In this document: positions 7,516 to 10,962 of the stretch, piece after piece
How the letters are laid out: every line of letters starts with the position of its first letter
Position numbering within the stretch: position 1 is the first letter of the stretch
Assembly (NCBI GenBank): GCA_041736305.1
Contig: JBGSTX010000297.1
Location: forward strand, 1-10,962
Direction of reading: 5' to 3'
Source: Oligoflexus sp.
GTDB lineage: Bacteria; Bdellovibrionota_B; Oligoflexia; Oligoflexales; Oligoflexaceae
DNA length: 10,962 nt
Notes under the pieces: model-generated
Databases searched by the model: none
Seen by the model: only the letters and a program-made list of their open reading frames with translations
What the model was told of the DNA's origin: nothing
Made by a program: the position numbers and the translations under genes

Positions 7516-7710
7516 TTGACGACTGTGAGTAGTGGGTGGACTCTGCGCGACCCACTGTACTGTCCATGCCCGTGTATTCAAAGAGCTGGCTGAACGTCCT
7601 GCTTAACGCTCAGCGAAATCGTTGGCCAGAGATATGGGCCCCACCACGAGAGCAGATATACCGCACCTGCACTCCAAGGGGTGGGACCACTCTGCTACTT
7701 GGAGCTTCGC

Positions 7711-8340
7711 TTAGTATTTTACTGAGCATCCGTAAGGTTTCGTGCTCGCTTCAGCAATAGCTTTCCCGGCTATAGCTGAATCGAGCGCGTTGGCGAAGAT
7801 CGGACTTGCTTCCGCCAACGTCTTGGCATTGGCCGACGGCTTGTCGTCGATCGCACCTTGATAGACGAGCTTACCCTCTGGATTGATGATGTACATGTGA
7901 GGCGTAGTCTTCGCATCATACATACGCCCTACTTCGCCCTTCGGATCGAGCAGCATCGCGGTGAGTGCAGCCTTGCGAGTGGCCACCATTTCCTTAGCCC
8001 CTTTTTCGTCGAGATGCCCCTGCTTTCCCGGAGCCGAAGAGTTGATGGTCAGCCATACGACGTTCTTTGCACTATACTTAGTCTGGAGCGCCTGCATGTT
8101 GCCACCATCGTAGTGCTTCTTTACATAAGGGCAATCGTTGTTGAACCACTCGAGCACCACAAACTTGCCTTTGAGATCGGATAACTTATAAGTCTTGCCA
8201 TCATGTCCGGGCAGGGAGAAATCCGGAGCGGCACTGCCCGATGGAACTGCGGAGAGGGCACTGGCACTGAAGCTAAAGGCGAAAGTAAAAGCCAAGGCGC
8301 GGGCGTATGGGGAGATCATCGTCATGCATTTCAACATCAT
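7711..8340 (-). CDS. Exported thioredoxin-fold peroxiredoxin-like protein (AhpC/TSA, PrxL-like)
   Basis: Signal peptide, then APDFSLPGHDGKTYKLSDLKGKFVVLEWFNNDCPYV, AKTTPHMYII, LVYQGAIDD and C-terminal PYGCSVKY. GAGGA lies just upstream, so the true start may be ATG 8337 or a later Met. Confidence 0.88.
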   Translation of the reverse strand: MMLKCMTMISPYARALAFTFAFSFSASALSAVPSGSAAPDFSLPGHDGKTYKLSDLKGKFVVLEWFNNDCPYVKKHYDGGNMQALQTKYSAKNVVWLTINSSAPGKQGHLDEKGAKEMVATRKAALTAMLLDPKGEVGRMYDAKTTPHMYIINPEGKLVYQGAIDDKPSANAKTLAEASPIFANALDSAIAGKAIAEASTKPYGCSVKY

Positions 8341-8355
8341 TTTCCTCGTTATGTC

Positions 8356-10419
8356 TTAAGGCTTCAAAGAGCGACCCAGTTCATCCATAAAGATGTCAGG
8401 GGTAAGGACTTCGGGGAGTACGTTGGCTCTTCCAGAGCCAGGAGCCCAGAACAGATAGAGCGGCACCCCGATACGCTGATATTCGCTCAGAATCGCGGTA
8501 ATCTCAGGGTCACGGCGCGTCCAATCTGCTTTGAGCATGAGAATTTCATGCCGCGCGATAAATTCCGCCACTGCAGCACTTCTAAAGGTAAGGCGTTCGT
8601 TGACCTTACACGTAATGCACCAATCAGCCGTAAAATCGATAAAAACTGCCTTGCCTTGATTCAGCTCTGCTTTGAGCCGCTCTTGGCTAAAGGTTTCCCA
8701 AGGGATCGCTGAAAGTTTGGTTCGATCGCCCGCGACGGAACTTGAGTTTGCAGTAGCGACCTGGCTAAGCAAGCGGAGATTGGCGGCAAGAGCCAGGGCG
8801 ATGATGGCGAGTGCGAGGCGACTGTATTGAAGTCGCCACTTGATCCAGAGCCCCAGCCCACTGACGAGAAGACAAGCTAAGGTCAGCACCAGAGCATCTT
8901 GACCCGCAACTTGCCCGACGATCCAAAGCAACCAAAGGCAAGTGGCCAGCAAGGGAAAGGCCATAAACTGCCGCAACGATTCCATCCAGATCCCTGGTTT
9001 CGGCAAAAATCGCAGCATGCCAGGCCATACCATAAATAGAATGTAAGGTGCACTGAGTCCCAGTCCAAGAGCTGTGAAGACCAGCAGAATCAGTGGAATC
9101 GGCTGGCTAAAAGCAGTACCCATAGCGACTCCCATGAAGGGAGCTGTGCAGGGAGATGCGACCACTGTCGACAGCATACCCGTAAAGAACTGACCGATGG
9201 CTCCACCTTTGCCAAGCAATCCTGCGGTCCGCTTGCCCAGAGGAAGGTTAATCTCATAGACACCGAGAAAATTGAAAGCCAAAAGCATAAATAGAAAGCT
9301 GAGGGAAATAAGAAAAGGCAAAGACTGAAGCTGAAATCCCCAGCCCACGGCCTCACCGCCCTGTCGCAGGAGGATCAAGAACAGAGCGATCGCAAGAAAA
9401 CTCGACACAACCCCCAAAACATAGGCTAGACAGTGCTGCCGAAGCAGCTTGCGACTGTCGTGTGCATGCTGCAGGATACTGAGTAGTTTTATGGAAATAA
9501 TCGGGAAAACGCAGGGCATGAGATTCAGGAGAAAGCCTCCTAAGAAAGCAAATGCCAGCATCTTCGCCCAAGCGAAGTCTTCCTGAGGAGCAAGGGGGGA
9601 GCTCAGCGGAACATCCAAGGCGATCGAACTCCGCTGACCCCCGTCTGTGTATACCAGCAGGCCCTGCAATCGATTCTGCAGAGGAGGACGCTCGAGGGCG
9701 AGGCGGATGCTGGTCTCACCAGCTTTCGCAGATAGGAGCTCGGGCTTCACGTTGGAGAGATGGCTAGCAGAAGCTGGAAAAAAGTCGAGATATTCAAGAG
9801 CGGGCGGGCTCTTCAGGTCCAGCCTTATTTTCTCCCCCTCAGCCACGGCCTGCACGCTCAGCTCCTGATCTACGGCAGACCCTGGGAGCTGCTTGCGCAC
9901 CGCTTGGATAGCCTGCTCATCTGCAGAAACGGTATGTGGCCCATCCGTTCTCAGAGTGAGAGCAAAAGTCCCGTAGGCCGGGATACACTCTACTTTGCAG
10001 ACTAACCATTCGGCATTGAGTTCGAGAGAGACTGTTTCTTTTCCCTTATAATCCGGGTCTAGCCTGGCTTCAAAGAGGTACATGACTTCGTCTTCGTAGC
10101 CGAAGGTCATCAAGGGTGGGACCTCGATGCGCTTGGGTAAAGGATAGAGGCTCTTGGAGACCACCACTCCTTCGGGAGCCTTGATCTCAAGAATAGGGGC
10201 CGCTCCGGAATCACCCGGGTTCTCCCAGTAGGAATGCCACTCTGGATCAAGTTTAAGATGAAGTGCTAAATAAGTAGGTCTTTCCCCATGCAGGCTCTGA
10301 TGGGAGGCTATCCACCGTGCACGCGAGTGGGGATGCTCACTGAAGGCGAAAGTGTCGACTGCAAAGATGAGCTGATGAAGCAAAAAAAGGAGCGCGAGAG
10401 CCCTGAACGCTGCAGCCAT
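8356..10419 (-). CDS. dsbD: Thiol:disulfide interchange membrane protein, DsbD family (ScsB-like subclass)
   Basis: 687 aa. N-terminal periplasmic domain with WHSYWENPGDSG and WLVCKVECIP, transmembrane domain with LNLMPCVFP and VASPCTAPFMG, and C-terminal thioredoxin domain FTADWCITCK. It ends 15 nt before the PrxL-like gene, suggesting an operon. Confidence 0.92.
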   Translation of the reverse strand: MAAAFRALALLFLLHQLIFAVDTFAFSEHPHSRARWIASHQSLHGERPTYLALHLKLDPEWHSYWENPGDSGAAPILEIKAPEGVVVSKSLYPLPKRIEVPPLMTFGYEDEVMYLFEARLDPDYKGKETVSLELNAEWLVCKVECIPAYGTFALTLRTDGPHTVSADEQAIQAVRKQLPGSAVDQELSVQAVAEGEKIRLDLKSPPALEYLDFFPASASHLSNVKPELLSAKAGETSIRLALERPPLQNRLQGLLVYTDGGQRSSIALDVPLSSPLAPQEDFAWAKMLAFAFLGGFLLNLMPCVFPIISIKLLSILQHAHDSRKLLRQHCLAYVLGVVSSFLAIALFLILLRQGGEAVGWGFQLQSLPFLISLSFLFMLLAFNFLGVYEINLPLGKRTAGLLGKGGAIGQFFTGMLSTVVASPCTAPFMGVAMGTAFSQPIPLILLVFTALGLGLSAPYILFMVWPGMLRFLPKPGIWMESLRQFMAFPLLATCLWLLWIVGQVAGQDALVLTLACLLVSGLGLWIKWRLQYSRLALAIIALALAANLRLLSQVATANSSSVAGDRTKLSAIPWETFSQERLKAELNQGKAVFIDFTADWCITCKVNERLTFRSAAVAEFIARHEILMLKADWTRRDPEITAILSEYQRIGVPLYLFWAPGSGRANVLPEVLTPDIFMDELGRSLKP

Positions 10420-10430
10420 ATGCCCGCCTT

Positions 10431-10458
10431 ATTCTACTTTAAGCGCTCATCATAACAA
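10431..10458 (-). promoter_or_regulatory. Possible sigma70 promoter of the dsbD-prxL operon
   Basis: On the - strand, TTGTTA(10458-10453)-16 nt-TAGAAT(10436-10431), in an AT-rich stretch 11 nt upstream of ATG 10419. Confidence 0.4.
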
Positions 10459-10761
10459 CTTAGAAGTTAATTTTATATGAGACGGGAGGACACTAAGCAG
10501 CTTTATAATTCATGCCATAGAGACGTACTATCGCCGCCGATGAAAGTTAGAAGTAAGATCTAAAAGGCGAATGGAGGCTCTACAAAATGATCGCTTGATC
10601 CCAGAGAGCCTTCAGGAACATTCGGCGGCTCAACTATCACTTTTTTTCGCCAGCGGATAGGATTTCAAGGCAGGCCGTGCCTTCCGTGTACAGCGAAAGG
10701 CTCAATGTCTGAGCACCTCTAGTTTTTCCTGAGCTCTCGAGGAAAGACCTTACTTTCCGGA

Positions 10762-10962
10762 CTATGCCACAACCCAATCTTGGGTTCTGAGCCCTGATAT
10801 TCGATCAAAATCTCGATCGTGAGTAACAAAAATAAGATCCTGAGATATGGCGTGGGCTGCAATCAGCATGTCTATCGATCCAATGGGTTTCCCAATTTTT
10901 TCAAGAGAGCATCGAATTCGTCCGTAGGCTTCTGCAGCTGCAGTATCGAAGTCAAGGATTTC
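10762..10962 (-). CDS. vapC: VapC-family PIN-domain toxin, C-terminal part (5' end outside the window)
   Basis: Manual translation of the - strand from 10962 gives EILDFDTAAAEAYGRIRCSLEKIGKPIGSIDMLIAAHAISQDLIFVTHDRDFDRISGLRTQDWVVA, with stop TAG at 10764-10762. This matches the VapC pattern FD..AA..YG.IR..L...G.PIG..D.LIAAHA....LVT.(N/D)..F..I.GL....W. Confidence 0.93.
   Translation of the reverse strand, partial: EILDFDTAAAEAYGRIRCSLEKIGKPIGSIDMLIAAHAISQDLIFVTHDRDFDRISGLRTQDWVVA

Noticed and set aside
7575..7635. Resemblance to a SAM-I riboswitch (TTCAAAGAG...GGCTGA...CAGC) or a hammerhead core (CTGCTTA...GAAA)
   Set aside because: SAM-I elements (GCAACC, GTGC, P1) are missing. The hammerhead CUGAUGA has two mismatches and there is no stem I. 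The position between convergent 3' ends does not suit a riboswitch.
7536..7760. 74-aa + strand ORF in the peptidase/peroxiredoxin gap
   Set aside because: GTG start inside a hairpin, no convincing RBS or motif, and it overlaps the 3' end of the convergent gene by 50 nt.
344..10005. The many 60-200 aa alternative-frame and antisense ORFs in the track (for example 1115..1507, 2406..2750, 6718..7314, 8203..8712)
   Set aside because: They overlap well-supported genes and show no recognisable motifs; they are the expected shadow ORFs.
10536..10543. GCCGATGA as a third sigma28 -10 element
   Set aside because: No acceptable -35 at 15-nt spacing (reads ATAG) and no supported + strand gene downstream.
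10520..10640. 6S RNA, SRP RNA or fluoride riboswitch identity for the hairpin region
   Set aside because: The paired span is only about 97 nt (6S is about 180 nt), the SRP domain IV motif is absent, and the fluoride riboswitch pairing and 3' motif are absent.
1..10962. CRISPR array, tRNA/rRNA, transposase or integrase
   Set aside because: No regularly spaced direct repeats, cloverleaf or rRNA-like sequence, or recombinase/transposase motifs were found by eye.

Overview
About 11 kb of bacterial chromosome. An Oligoflexia/Bdellovibrionota-like origin is inferred from the gene repertoire and is not proven. On the + strand: the 3' part of a GNAT/FeeM-like N-acyltransferase (open from the window edge, longer than the ORF track shows), an intrinsic terminator, a sigma28-like promoter, a membrane-bound class III nucleotide cyclase with a substituted catalytic Asn, an uncharacterised lipoprotein, a FadL/OmpP1-like outer-membrane barrel, and a secreted two-module M16 zinc peptidase. 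On the - strand: a peroxiredoxin-like (PrxL/AhpC-TSA-type) exported protein, an ScsB/DsbD-type thiol:disulfide transporter, and the 3' end of a VapC/PIN toxin that the ORF track missed. No CRISPR array, rRNA, tRNA or transposase was seen. The best leads are the lipoprotein + FadL-like pair next to an acyltransferase and a cyclase (a possible lipid uptake/signalling module), two sigma28-like promoters, and two structured intergenic segments (7527-7704 and 10533-10647). All calls come from motif reading by eye; no database search or folding program was run.
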